Origin: Octopus vulgaris
Taxonomy: Eukaryota
Assembly (NCBI GenBank): GCA_951406725.2
Contig: OX597820.1
Span: forward strand, 17,732,001 to 17,796,000
Length of the DNA stretch: 64,000 bases
Reading direction: 5' to 3'
Shown here piece after piece: positions 24,452 to 36,789 of the stretch (position 1 is the stretch's first letter; each line of letters begins with the position of its first letter). The notes beneath the pieces were generated by a model that did not search any database, was not told where the DNA came from, and saw nothing but the letters and a program-made list of their open reading frames with translations. A program made the position numbers and the translations under genes.

Positions 24452-25009
24452 ATTTTAATAACTTTTATCGGATGAATCTCTGGTTTTTCTACTATATATA
24501 TATATATATCTTATTTTGGTGCAGTCATTGGATTGCAGCCATACTGGAGTATCGATTTTGATGGGTTTTAATCGAACAAATCGGACATAGTACTTATTTT
24601 GTAAAGTCTGGCACTTGGTCTATTAATGTTCTTTGTTTAACTGTTAAGTTACTTAGACTCAAACAAACCGATAGGGTTATCAAGCGGGGGTGCGACAGAC
24701 GCGCACACACACACTACTACTACTACCATTATAATAGAAGACATTTGCCCAAGGTGCCACTCAGTGGGACTGAAACCGAAACTAGGTGATTTAGAAGCGA
24801 CCCTCTCACCACACGGCAATTCTGAGTCCAAATTCCACCGATGTCGACTTGACCTTTCATCCTTTCGGGGTCGATAAATTAAGTACCAGATGCGTACTGG
24901 GGTCGATCTATTCGACTGGCCTCCTCTCCAAATAGTTCGGGGCTTTTACCTAAAGTAGAAAGGAATATGATAGCTGATCACAAGGGGTACAATGCATGTT
25001 TAATCATAC

Positions 25010-25390
25010 TCTTTTACTCTTTTACTTGTTTCAGTCATTTGACTGCGGCCATGCTGGAGCACCGACATTAGTCGAATAAATCGATCCCAGGACTTATTCT
25101 TTGTAAGCCTAGTACTTATTCTATCGGTCTCTTTTTGCCGAACCGCTAAGTTACGGGGACGTAAACACACCAGCATCAGTTGTCAAGCGATGTTGGGGGG
25201 ACAAACACAGACACACAAACACACACACATATACATATACATATATACGACGGGCTTCTTTCAGTTCCGTCTACCAAATCCAATCACAAGGCTTTGGTCG
25301 GCCCGAGACTATAGTAGAAGACACTTGCCCAAGTTGCCACGCAGTGGGACTGAACCTGGAACCATGTGATTGGTAAGCAAGCTACTTACC
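25010..25390 (-). mobile_element. SINE family A (tRNA head, CORE-like centre, AAGAGTAA tail)
   Basis: Paralog of 55683 and 63125. Confidence 0.8.
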
Positions 25391-25619
25391 TATAATAATA
25401 ATCTACAACCTCGGAAACGTATCTGGAAAATTTCGGTAAAATATTTGTTAGGCGCTGGCGTGGCTGTGTGGTTAAGAAGCCCAGTTTACAACCACGCGGT
25501 TTAGTGTTCAGTCCCTTTGAGCTACATCGTGGATAAGTGTTTTGTGTTTTTTAATATTGTATTGGGTGAGCCGGTATTGTTGTTACCGCGTCGGGCAAAA
25601 CGCTTAGTGGTATTTCTTC

Positions 25620-26000
25620 CGGGGAGCTGGCAGAATCGTTAGCACGCCGGACGAAATGCTTAGCGGTATTTCGTCTGCTGTTACGTTCTGAGTTTCATAT
25701 TCTGCCGAGTTCAACTTTGCCTTTCATCCTTTCGGGGTCGATTAAATAAGTACCAGTTACGCACTGGGGTCGATGTAATCGACTTAATCCGTTTGTCTGT
25801 CCTTGCTTGTCCCCTCTGTGTTTAGCCCCTTGTGGGTTGTAAAGAAGTAGGTACTTCTTCCGGCTCTTTAAATTATGAGTCCAAGTGCCGTCGGAGTCGA
25901 CTTTGCTTTTTACCCTTTCGGGAGTCGATAACATAAGTGCCAGTTTAGCTTTGGGGTCAACGTAATCGACGAGCTCCTTCTCTCTAGATTACTGACCTTG
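25620..26000 (+). mobile_element. Nin-domain-like SINE dimer
   Basis: GAGCTGGCAGAATCGTTAGC head plus two Nin-like units. Confidence 0.75.
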
Positions 26001-26504
26001 TATCGAAATTAAGAAGGATAGAAGGAAGTATTTCTGTTTCATCCTAACGGAGAGAAAAATCATTGTTTTTAACAACAATATCAGTATATGACGATTAAGT
26101 GTGACCTGGGAATGTCATGAACAATATTTAAGCGAAGAACGAAGTAAAGAGAAATAACATGTGATATTTCTCGAGTCGTGAACCAAGTAAACATAGAAAT
26201 TTAATTCAATGGCAATCCTACTTCGATTCCTGATCAATTCCAATTCACTTCATGAACACTTTCACTAAAGTTCTTCACAAATGCAAGAATGTCACACAAT
26301 CTCATTCTCGTCCCTTAAATGAATTTTCAACTTATTTCTCAACGGATTTGCAAGGTTTCAGAGTGTCAAAGACATCAACAGGATAATTGAATCAATTCCA
26401 ACTGCGAATTGAAACCGACAAGCAAGTGTAAGTTTGCCTCGCTCTTAACTCTCTCTCATAACCACATTAAATTATACATGCACATATGTACAGACACACA
26501 AGTA

Positions 26505-26584
<80 letters not shown>

Positions 26585-26753
26585 TATATATGTGTGTGTG
26601 TATGTATGTGTGCGTGTGTGAGCGTGTGTGTGTGTGTGCGTGTGTGTGTGTGTATGTATATGTGTATGCGTGCATTTGCATAAGAATAAGTGTGTGTTTG
26701 TTCCTCTCTGTACGTGTATGTTAAGTCTGAATGTTGGTGGGTGCGCTTGCACC

Positions 26754-26799
<46 letters not shown>

Positions 26800-27094
26800 A
26801 ATACATACATATGCATTCAAATGTTAGAGTCTGCCTTCAAAAATTGAAAAAGTACTCAATACGTGATGTAGAGTATACAGTTATTCAAAGTATTATTTTT
26901 CTATCAACTCGAGTTTCACATTGCTACAATCACCGAGTGATCTGCGATGGGGTTCAAGAGTTCGAACTGGGTTTACATACTTTCATCTGATTCATTTTTA
27001 TTTTTTTGTGCACACATACCGCCTATAATGCTGAGTTTCAAAAGCGTTGGCTATGATTGCCGTCGTTTCATCTGCCAATTCACTATGCATATAC

Positions 27095-27131
<37 letters not shown>

Positions 27132-27151
27132 CACGCACAGACATATATATA

Positions 27152-27234
<83 letters not shown>

Positions 27235-27239
<5 letters not shown>

Positions 27240-27660
27240 TAGAGATAGTAGTTCCCTTCATCCCACCATACAAAAGAATTTTAATTTAATATTTACTACT
27301 CATTTCTCACGTGTTTCTTTAGGTTCTTTTACGGTTCCTTAAGCACGCAGTGTTTTACAGGAACCTTTCTGAAAGTGTAACCCCAATCAACAGGCCTCTA
27401 AATAACTTTATCATAGTTCGATGCCAAATACTATATTTTAATTTTAACATATGATAAAGTTAACTATGATAAAGTTATTTAGAGGTCTGATGATTGGGGT
27501 TACACTTTAAGAAAGGTTCCTGTAAAACACTGCGTGTTTAAGGAACCGTAAAAGAACCTCAAGAAACACGTGTAACTGAGAAATGAGTAGTAAGTATTAA
27601 ATTAAATTTTAATTCTTTTATATGGTGGGATGAAGGGGACTACTATCTCTAAATAAAATA
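27235..27660. repeat. ~185-bp inverted repeat (fold-back) element between (TA)n tracts, Penelope pLTR-like
   Basis: 27235-27418 is the reverse complement of ~27462-27660; the right arm carries a hammerhead. Confidence 0.8.
27484..27577 (+). ncRNA. type I hammerhead ribozyme, intact core, long stem II
   Basis: ggt-CTGATGA-TTGGGGTT...AACCTCAA-GAAAC-ACGT-GTA-act; predicted cleavage after A27574. Confidence 0.75.
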
Positions 27661-27736
27661 TGTATTTCCTCATTGAGAATAATTTGAACCCCTGTGATGC
27701 CGGAATTTTTATTCCCTAATAAATAAAATAAAATAG

Positions 27737-27781
<45 letters not shown>

Positions 27782-27942
27782 CATACATACATACATACAT
27801 ACATACATACATACATACATACATACATACATACATACATACATACATGCACACACATACACATATTCATTCTCGAACTGGATGAGCATATAACAACAAG
27901 CCAGCCAACACAAATAATCTCTTGTGAGATTTCTATATCAAT

Positions 27943-27987
27943 GTACCTGAAGAAACCCAGACCGATGGGTCGAAACATATGTTGTGC
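27943..27987 (+). ncRNA. minimal type I hammerhead (slightly degenerate)
   Basis: gtac-CTGAAGA-aACCCA gaccga TGGGTc-GAAAC-ATAT-GTT-gtgc followed by AATAAA; the first stem II pair is mismatched. Confidence 0.65.
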
Positions 27988-28031
27988 CTAATAAAATCCA
28001 TCTCCTACTATATACATATATAGATGGATTT

Positions 28032-28103
<72 letters not shown>

Positions 28104-28599
28104 TATATATATATATTATATGGTTCAACGCCACGCATCCTCTTCCAAGTAAGTTTTATCGTTATAATTCTGATGTGCACTCTATACGATCTTTTTACTC
28201 TTTCGTTTTTCTCTCTCTTATTCTTTTACCTTCTCTTTTCCCACTATTCTGTCCTATTATTCTGGCACTCTCTCACTCCTCCTCCTTTGCTCACGAGGCT
28301 CCCACGTGACCATTGGTCATCTTTCTTTCTTCCTCTCCGTTGTAGCTGAAACAAGGAAGACGTGTTCTTGTTTGTCTGCTGCCCTAGCTTGATTTACGCG
28401 TTCGCCACCACAACCTCATTTAGGCTTAGCAGCCCTTCCTACTGTCCTGTTTGTGTTACCTATTTTGACCCTCCGCAAAATCCCAAATTTTATTTAATTT
28501 GCTTTGCGGGAGCAACTGTTTTAACGAAAGCGTATATTGTTGTTAACTGCTTGATATACGAGACTAGAGAAGCAGCCAACAACTGATGAGGATCGTTCT

Positions 28600-28918
28600 T
28601 CATGTTTGTTTTCTTTTCCATTTGTGTCTTTCGTTGTGATTTCAATTTGCAGATCTTTGTAGTGAAAAAGCTTTTCGTATTCCTTTCTTGGGACATTTTG
28701 ATCTTGTGGGACAGACATATCTATTAACAAACAAGTTTCTCTGTTGTAGTCTTTGATCACAATGTCTGGTCAATTGAAGTCAATTTCTCTGTCTGTTTGT
28801 ATTGGAAAGTTTTAAAGGATGCTGACGCCCTCGCCATTTACTACATCCTCTGGATGGTGCCTGTACCACTTATCAAGGGATTTAATTTTGTAGTATTTAC
28901 AAGCATTCCAGTGGATGT
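28600..28918 (-). mobile_element. R4/Dong-like non-LTR retrotransposon fragment (restriction-like endonuclease)
   Basis: PIQTDREID...PDIVIKDYNRETCLLIDMSVPQDQNVPRKEYEKLFHYKDLQIEI; abuts (TAA)n. Confidence 0.8.
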
Positions 28919-28937
28919 ACTATTGTTGTTGTTGTTG

Positions 28938-28989
<52 letters not shown>

Positions 28990-28990
<1 letters not shown>

Positions 28991-29715
28991 TTATGTTCGC
29001 TTTACATTTGTACAAGTTGGCTCCAAGTCTCACCCAGAGACCTCAAGAGACAACAAGTTGGAAGTTCATGTTGGTGTTATGCCTAGTGTGCCATACATTT
29101 GGTTTTGTACATAGTGTTGTTCTAGAGAATGTTTAAGAAATCATAAGAAAATTATGTTTGTTTTAAAACTTGCGATTACATAGAAATTATTTTGCCTATG
29201 ATATGAGCAGTTCCCATGAGCACTATCTTCTGAATTTCTGCCATTTGGGGGTTTCCTGGTATCTGAGCTAGGTAGCAATCAGCCCCTTTTGCTATCATTC
29301 CCAGGGCACCAAATGACAGCAGGTATTGTTTTAGTCTTCAGGTTCCACATTTTACTAATTTCTGTTTCAAGATCTTTACATTTGCTCAGTTTTTGGTAGG
29401 TATTGACAGATACGTTTATATCGATTGGGACAGTCATATCAATGAGGAGGCATGTTTTTTGTCTGAAGTCTTTTACTATGATGTCTGGCCTATTCGTATC
29501 TATCCTTCTGTCAGTTTGAATGGTGAAATTCCAGTGGAGTGAGATGTGATCATTTTGAAGCACTGGAGGTGGTTTGTGTTCCCACCAGTTTTTTATCATG
29601 GCGCAAGTCCAGGCTTTTGCAAATTACCCAGTGACTATATTGTGCAGCTCTATCATGCCTGTTGAGATACTCTGTAGCCTCCAAGAAAACTGCACTTGGA
29701 GATATGATCAATGAT
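28990..29715 (-). mobile_element. R4/Dong-like LINE 3' end
   Basis: YLNRHDRAA..HW..CK and WNFTIQTDRRIDTNRPDIIVKD...LIDMTVP...KCKDLETEISKMW motifs; (TAA)n on both sides. Confidence 0.85.
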
Positions 29716-29735
29716 TTATTATTATTATTATTATT

Positions 29736-30070
29736 GAGTGAGCGAGCAGAGCATGCCATCAAAGTGACACTGGGGTAAAATATACGAAGCCCAGTATACC
29801 CATCATGACTACCCGTCTGATAAGGGTACACCAGGCACATGCATCACAACCATATGTGCGCGACATGGTGATCTTATATCAAGATAAACAGCACATGACC
29901 TTGCAGGTGGAGCCCAGTTAGAATTTTCTTCAGATCGAGTAACCCATCCCGCTCAAAAGGTCCCTGAATAAGGGTTGTTTAAGGACGTTGAACGAAACAC
30001 CCATGTTTCCAGAGGTGAATTATTCAAACCCCAAAGAATCTTTCTCAACACATGGCTATGATGCTCCCTC
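29736..30070 (-). mobile_element. putative SINE with (TAA)n tail
   Basis: The minus strand starts GGGAGCATCATAGCCATGTG...GGTTTGAATA (A/B-box-like) and ends in (AAT)n. Confidence 0.5.
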
Positions 30071-30110
<40 letters not shown>

Positions 30111-30115
<5 letters not shown>

Positions 30116-30233
30116 TTTTTTTCTTCTTTCAAATTTGCTTCCATTTCTTGCCGAGTGTCTTCCCGACTCCTAGGGCAAAGAAACTCATAGTATACATTGG
30201 TAGGCCATTAACCCAAACTCAATAGTTCGTTCA

Positions 30234-30285
<52 letters not shown>

Positions 30286-30400
30286 TTTTTTTCTTCTTTC
30301 AAATTTGCTTCCATTTCTTGCCGAGTGTCTTCCCGACTCCTAGGGCAAAGAAACTCATAGTATACATTGGTAGGCCATTAAACCAAACTCAATAGTTCGT

Positions 30401-30405
<5 letters not shown>
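30111..30405 (-). repeat. two near-identical ~125-bp modules separated by (ATT)n
   Basis: Direct repeat at ~30111-30235 and ~30281-30405; probably LINE 3' ends. Confidence 0.7.
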
Positions 30406-30458
<53 letters not shown>

Positions 30459-30819
30459 GATGATGACGATGATAATGTTTGTAATGATAATGGAATTATG
30501 ATAATGGTGGTTTTGTTAATGTTCAAGTGTTCTTTTCAACACGGCTGCGCTTGTTACTTTAGCAACAACTGTCTTTCTCTTTAAAAATGCCAACAGCTTT
30601 GAAATTGCCATTCTCTATTCATCTATTTTGAATAATTGATTAAACAGCGAAACAAATCCGTTATATTTCCATCAGCTTTTTTCTTTTTTCAATCAGTCTT
30701 TACAATTACTATTTATAGTAGAATTAATTAATCTTGTTAAAAATCAATTTAGTCATTAAAATAATTTGTATGTAATTTCGTTTTTAACATGTTTGCTCAT
30801 CCTTTCATCTGTTAACTTA

Positions 30820-31550
30820 TTCATGCTGCTGGTGGTGGGTCCTTGATGTTGATAGAACTAGTGGTCACAGTTGGAGTGGTCTGGTGGCGGTCATCGCCGT
30901 TTTGCTGTTTTGGGTGGTTATGGTGGTAATGATGGTGGTGGTGGTGGTGGTGGTAGTAGTGGTGGTGATGGTGGTAATGGTGGTGGTGGTGGTGGTGGTG
31001 GAGGTGGTGGTGGTAGTGGTGGTGATGGTGGTAATGATGGTGATGGTGGTGGTGGTAGTGGTGGTGATGTTGGTAATGGTCGTGTGGTAGTGGTAGTGGT
31101 GGTGATGGTAATAGTGGTAGTAGTGGTGGTGGTGATGGTGGTGATGATAATGGTGGTGGTGGTAATGGTGGTAGTGGTGGTGGTGATGATAATGGTGATG
31201 GTGTTAATGGTGGTAGTGGTGGTGGTGAGGGTGGTGGTAATGGTGTACTGATTGTGGCTCTAATTATTATGTTAGAGAATATTGAGGCTGTTGTTGTTGC
31301 GGTGGCGGCGGCGGTTACGGTGGGAGTTGCCGTGGTAGTGGTTGTAGTTGCGGAGGACGTTGTGGAGAGGGCGGTCGTGGTTGTTGTTGTTGTCATCATT
31401 ATTGTTATTGTGGTGGTGGTTGTGTTAAAAGTGGTTATATCGTGGTGATTGTAGTTGTGTTAGTTATTGCGGTGATAGTTATGGTCTTCCTTGTGGCGGT
31501 GGCGGCTGCGGCTGCAATAGCAGTGATTATGGTTACGATTTTCTGCAGAG

Positions 31551-31596
<46 letters not shown>

Positions 31597-31606
31597 CAGC
31601 AGCAGC

Positions 31607-31671
<65 letters not shown>

Positions 31672-31705
31672 CAGCAGCAGCAGCAGCAGTAGCAGAAGCA
31701 GCAGC

Positions 31706-31737
<32 letters not shown>

Positions 31738-31741
31738 CAGT

Positions 31742-31794
<53 letters not shown>

Positions 31795-32737
31795 CAGTAG
31801 TGGTGGTGGTGGTGGTGGTGGTGGTGTTGTTGGTGGTGGTGGTGGTGGTGGTAGTTGTTTGTATTGTTGTTGCCTTCTTCCTCCAATCAGGACTCACGCC
31901 ATTAGCCACAAAGAATAATCCCTAATTCATGCCTACTCTAAGCTACTAAGAATGCGCGTGGCAACTTGAAGATCCGCCCACCACACGCGATAGACTGGCA
32001 GTTGCACGGGCGCGAAAGCTACGTTGTTATCCTCATTCGGTAAACGGTGGCTTTTAACAGGTGGAGAGCTGAACCATCCTGGGGTACAGAGGATTCGCAA
32101 TCTAGACTAGGGTCTGAAAGTTTGCCACACCATAGTGGGTTACACCATGGTTCCTCTGCTTTGTAGCAGAAGTAGGAAGAAGTAGGAAGAAAGAGTGAGA
32201 GAAAGTTGTGGTGAAAGAGTACAGCGGGGTTCACCATCCCTCCCCGCCGGAGCCTCGTGGAGCTTCGGTGTTTGCTCAATAAACACTCACAATCTGGGAA
32301 TGGAAACCGCGTTCTTACGACCTAACCACTGGGCCATTGCGCCTCCACTGTTGTTGGTGTGTTGGAGGAGGTTATTGTCACGTTGGTTGTTGCGGTGGTG
32401 TTGGTGGTGGTTATTGATGTTGTTTTAGTTATGGTTATGGTAGGGATGATTGCCATGGTTTCGAGGTTGTAATTATGAGGATTATAGTAATGATGAGGGT
32501 GGTGGTGGTGGTGGTAGGAGAATAATGTTTGTATTAGTAGTAATATGCAATCACATTAATTGTGATGGTTGTAATGAAATTATGATTGTTATCAGTAGTA
32601 GTGGTGGTGGTGGTGGTGGTGGTGGTGATGGTAGTAGTAGTAATAGTAGTAGAAGTAGTGGTAGTGGTGACGCTGGTGGTGGTGGTGGTGGTGGTATTGG
32701 TGGTGGTGTTGGTGGCGGTAGTAGTAGTAGTAGTAGT

Positions 32738-32813
<76 letters not shown>

Positions 32814-32815
32814 AT
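30820..32815. repeat. trinucleotide low-complexity region (GGT/AGT/AGC/GTT)n
   Basis: Seen directly; explains the poly-G/S/V/T/H ORFs. Confidence 0.95.
32150..32348 (-). mobile_element. SINE family C head and body
   Basis: GTGGAGGCGCAATGGCCCAGTGGTTAGG head on the minus strand; continues leftwards into a distinct tail (~31880-32150). Confidence 0.75.
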
Positions 32816-32936
32816 TCCTGGAAGTTATCCATGGTGGTTCCCGGCTTGAAAGTTCTCCGAAACAAACCAGTAGTTCGTCCTCGTCAACGCTGAGAGTTTC
32901 TTTCGAGAACGTCATAACTTTCTCCCTCTCTCCCCC

Positions 32937-32978
<42 letters not shown>

Positions 32979-33044
32979 AGATTTGTATACATTTCTAAAG
33001 TAGAACTCCCACCGACCAGTAAAGGACGATGAGCTGAGCACCTG

Positions 33045-33398
33045 ACGACATTTCTATAAGGAGTCTGAGGTTTGATCCAATTTGAAATCTCTTACAAAAC
33101 CACCCCTATTGGACTGGCCAAATATCTTAAAACATCTAACGATGGATGCTAAAACTCGTTGAAAACCACGAGAGTGAGTTCGTGAACAGCATGATGGAAG
33201 TGCGGGAACTGTTGTTGCAAAGAAAGCGAAATCAATACCAGAAGGAAAAGCGTTTGAACAAATAACTGAAAAGCCTCTGCATGGCAAATACGTGACCCGT
33301 AGCAAACAAGCTGATGTGGACCAGATGCACATCCATCAGTGGCTTCTAAGCTCAGGGATAAAGCCAAACAGCGAGGGCTTTATCTCAGGCGCTCAAGA
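33045..33398 (+). mobile_element. R4/Dong-like LINE fragment (post-RT region)
   Basis: EKPLHGKYVTRSKQADVDQMHIHQWLLSSGIKPNSEGFISGAQD fits the LHG...WL...EG.I.AAQD pattern of R4/Dong. Confidence 0.7.
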
Positions 33399-33595
33399 TG
33401 GGGGGGGGAGGACTAGTCGATTACATTGACTTCAGTCATCAACTGACACTTATTTTATCGACCGTGAAGGGATGAAAAGGCAAAGTTGACTTTGAAGGAA
33501 TTGGAACTCAGAACGTAGAGACAGGCAAAAATGCCGCTAAGCATTTAGTCCAGCGTACTAACGGTTCTGCCGGCTCGTCACTTTGAATAATAACG

Positions 33596-33656
<61 letters not shown>

Positions 33657-33889
33657 TAATTTTGAAAGAAGGGCAGCTATTTTGGGGGAGAGGGGATGAG
33701 TCGAGTACATCGACCCCAGTGTTCAACTGGTACTTATTTTATCGACCCCGAAAGAATGAAAGGTAAAGTCGACCTCAGTAGAATTTGAAGTTAGAGCGTA
33801 AAGACGGATGAAATGCCGCTAAGCATTTTGTCCGGTACGATGAATATAGCTGTCATGAAATGTTATCTTTTGAGCAAACCCACTGATAA

Positions 33890-34290
33890 TGAAGGGCGAC
33901 TCCATAAGGGGACATAGAAGAAAAGATCGAAAGATACAAACTATCAAAAGACGAAATTGCAAGAATGTGGACTTTGAGGAGAGTGACTGTCATTCACGTT
34001 GTTGTTGGGGCACTCGGAGCACTAAAGACCAAGTTCGAGAAATATGTCAGAGAAATCGGAATTGACATGAGAGCAAAACAAGCCCCCAAAAAACTGCTCT
34101 GCTGGGGTCAGCTAGGATTTTGAGGTTAGTACTTGGATGTTGAATGTCTCCCACGATAATTAACAACCAAGTATCAAAGATCATAATGTGCGGAAAGAGG
34201 CCCTGTGTGACCTCTGACAGCAGGCTGCTGTCCGCTCTTCCAGAATCTACCGGTTTAAACAAAACCGAACGTAGTGAGAAGTAAAGCAAT
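33890..34290 (+). mobile_element. R4/Dong-like LINE 3' end
   Basis: EEKIERYKLSKDEIARMW...VVVGALGAL; ends at AATAAT. Confidence 0.75.
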
Positions 34291-34291
34291 A

Positions 34292-34872
34292 ATCCTTTCT
34301 CCTAGAGGCACAAGGCCGGAAACCTTTCGGGGGGGGTGGGCTAGTCGATCCCATCGCCCCCAGTGCTCAACTTGTACTTATTTTATCGACCACGAAAGGA
34401 TTAAAGGCAAAGTCGATCTCGGCAGAATTTGAACTCAGAACGTAAAGGCGGATGAAATGCTGTTAAGCATTTTACCAGACGTGCTAACGATTCTTATTTT
34501 TTTATTGCCCACAAGGGGCTAAACATAGAGGGGACAAACAAGGACAGACACACGGATTAAGTCGATTATATCGAGCCCAGTGCGTAACTGGTACTTAATT
34601 TATCGACCCCGAAAGGAGAGGAAAGGCAAAGTCGACCTCAGCGGAATTTGAACTCAGAAGGCAACGGCAGACGAAATACCTATTTCTTTACTACCCACAA
34701 GGGGCTAAACACAGACAGGACAAACAAGGACAGACAAACGGGTTAAGTCGATTATATCGACCCCAGTGCGTAACTGGTCCTTAATTTATAGACCCCGAAA
34801 GGATGAAAGGCAAAGTCGACCTCGGCGGAATTTGAACTCAGAACGTAACGACAGACGAAATACCGCTAAGCA
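34292..34872 (-). mobile_element. Nin-domain-like SINE trimer
   Basis: Three Nin-like units at roughly 185-215-bp spacing. Confidence 0.8.
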
Positions 34873-35744
34873 ACAATAATACTGTACATTATCTGCAAAA
34901 CTCCTTATAATTTATGCGTTGGCACAAACTAAAAGTTTTCGTCATATATTAAATGAATTAACAACTAAATGATTATCTTTACAAAAATTCTTCGCTTTTT
35001 TCACGACTTAAAATAAAGATGATCCATGTAGGGGTCATCTTGTGAACATGGTTTGTTTGTCTACTTATTTATCTTCGCTTATTTTAATATTATTTATTAA
35101 TCTGTTCAATAGTTTCTTTGAATGATTGTGCTTGTGCATATTGGTAAGTTTTTGAGTGCTTCTAAGTGTCCGTGTATGAATATGTATGACACCAACTTTG
35201 TATGTGTGTCAGCTTAAGGTTGTGCGGGTGTGTGTGTGTGTTTTAACGTTGTGTATGCTGATGTGTTTGTACGTGCGTTATAACTATGTTTGTATGTGCG
35301 CGCGTGTGTGTGTATGTATGTGTGTGTGTCTGAGCATGTATCTGGGTGTGTCTTTGTGTGTGTCTTTGTGTGGTGGTGTGTGTGTGTGAGAGAGAGAGAA
35401 AGAGTTGTATAGAACTTAAGACTATAAATGACGAAATAGAGGATTTAAATATATAACTTGAAAAGAAAGAAAGAAACAAACAAACAAAGAATGAATGAAT
35501 GAAAGAAAGCAAGAAAAAATGAATGAAGGAAAAACAGAAACAAACAAACAAATAAACTAAGGGGAAAAGAAGGCAGGAAAGGAAAGAAAAGGAGAAAGGA
35601 AATGAACTACCAAAAACGAAAGTTGATGCTAATGTAAAAGATATCGATCCTTTGCATAAGTAAAGGGATTTTGTTGAGTGAGAAAACGTTAACAAAATAA
35701 TGATAGCAACATCTCCACCAACACCGACACCAACGCCACCAACA

Positions 35745-36000
35745 CTATGGAAAGTGCGGGTAAAATGTATCCCTGTAGTTGTAGGTGCATTAGGAAGTGT
35801 CCCTAAAGATATCAACACATGAATAGAGGAAACAGGCATAAAACCCAGTTTAGTTCAGCAGCAGAAAACATTGTTATTAGGGACAGCTATGATACATAGG
35901 TGGGTTACTTGGTATCTAAGGTCACTTGTTGTAGCCAGATTTTAGGAATTTTTCTTTTCCAGCAGTCTAATCTGTTCAGCGTATATGACACCTTATAATA
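35745..36000 (+). mobile_element. R4/Dong-like LINE 3' end
   Basis: LWKVRVKCIPVVVGALGSVPK...QKTLLLGTA. Confidence 0.75.
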
Positions 36001-36789
36001 ATTCAACTTGTCACTCCATTACTTAGCCCGTCCGTAACGTTTCCACGTGATTAGTTGAAGGGGGAGGAGAGGAGTGGTAGGGGTGGGGGAAGATAAGGGA
36101 GTAGGAAGGAGTAGGAAGGAGAAGTGGTGGTGAATATGTGAATATGTAATTTATTTTTTTAACTAAGTTTATTTTTTCTCCGTAACTTAGCTCGTTTGTA
36201 ACGCGTTCACGTGATCAGCTGAAGGGAAGGGCGAAGAGTGAAAGAAAAAGGAAAGAGAAAAAGAGGGTAAGGTGAAGAGTGAAAGAGAAGGAGGGAGAGT
36301 GTTGTGCATTAAGTCTATAAAATTGTGCATAAAGTATATAAAGTTTATATATAAAGTGTATTAAGTAATCATCGTATTCCAATTTCCTTAATTTTTCAAT
36401 GATTAGCAGATGAGCGACACAACATACAGACACAGTACAGGCTACGCTTTCAGGTCTTTTGGATAAAATTTTCAGAAATAACCCAATAAATTAGAAAATT
36501 ACTATTTTTAAATCTCACAACGTGAGATATTCAGCAACAGTTCTTTGTAATAAAGAATAACAGCAACATTAGTCCTAAACCAGGACTGCCATGTTATGTT
36601 GGCAAGCAATCTTTACTATAGGCGCAGGAGTGGTTGTGTGGTAAGTAGCTTGCTTACCAACTGGGTTCAGTCCCACTGCATGGCACCTTGGGGAGGAGGA
36701 GGAGGAGGAGGAGGGGGATTTCATCTAACAGAATCCCAAAAACTTTTTACGGAACCCTGATATTTCTCCAAAATCACTTTTCAGAAAAT

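Larger units (their letters stand above)
23910..24965 (+). mobile_element. Nin-domain-like SINE interrupted by an inverted tRNA cassette
   Basis: SINE runs 23910-24151 and resumes at ~24819. Confidence 0.75.

Noticed and set aside
908-25934. Repeated short ORFs (e.g. MLRVSRQLIP..., MRESCGERVQ..., MRNWYLIY...)
   Set aside because: Chance frames through SINEs, MITEs and tRNAs; they recur only because the DNA is duplicated.
26409-28349. YI/VC/HT-repeat ORFs here and at 38-40, 53, 55 and 61-63 kb
   Set aside because: Translations of (TA)n, (TG)n, (CATA)n and (GATA)n microsatellites.
30821-33041. Gly/Ser/Thr/His-rich structural protein gene
   Set aside because: Trinucleotide repeats open in several frames on both strands, interrupted by a SINE, with no coherent gene structure.
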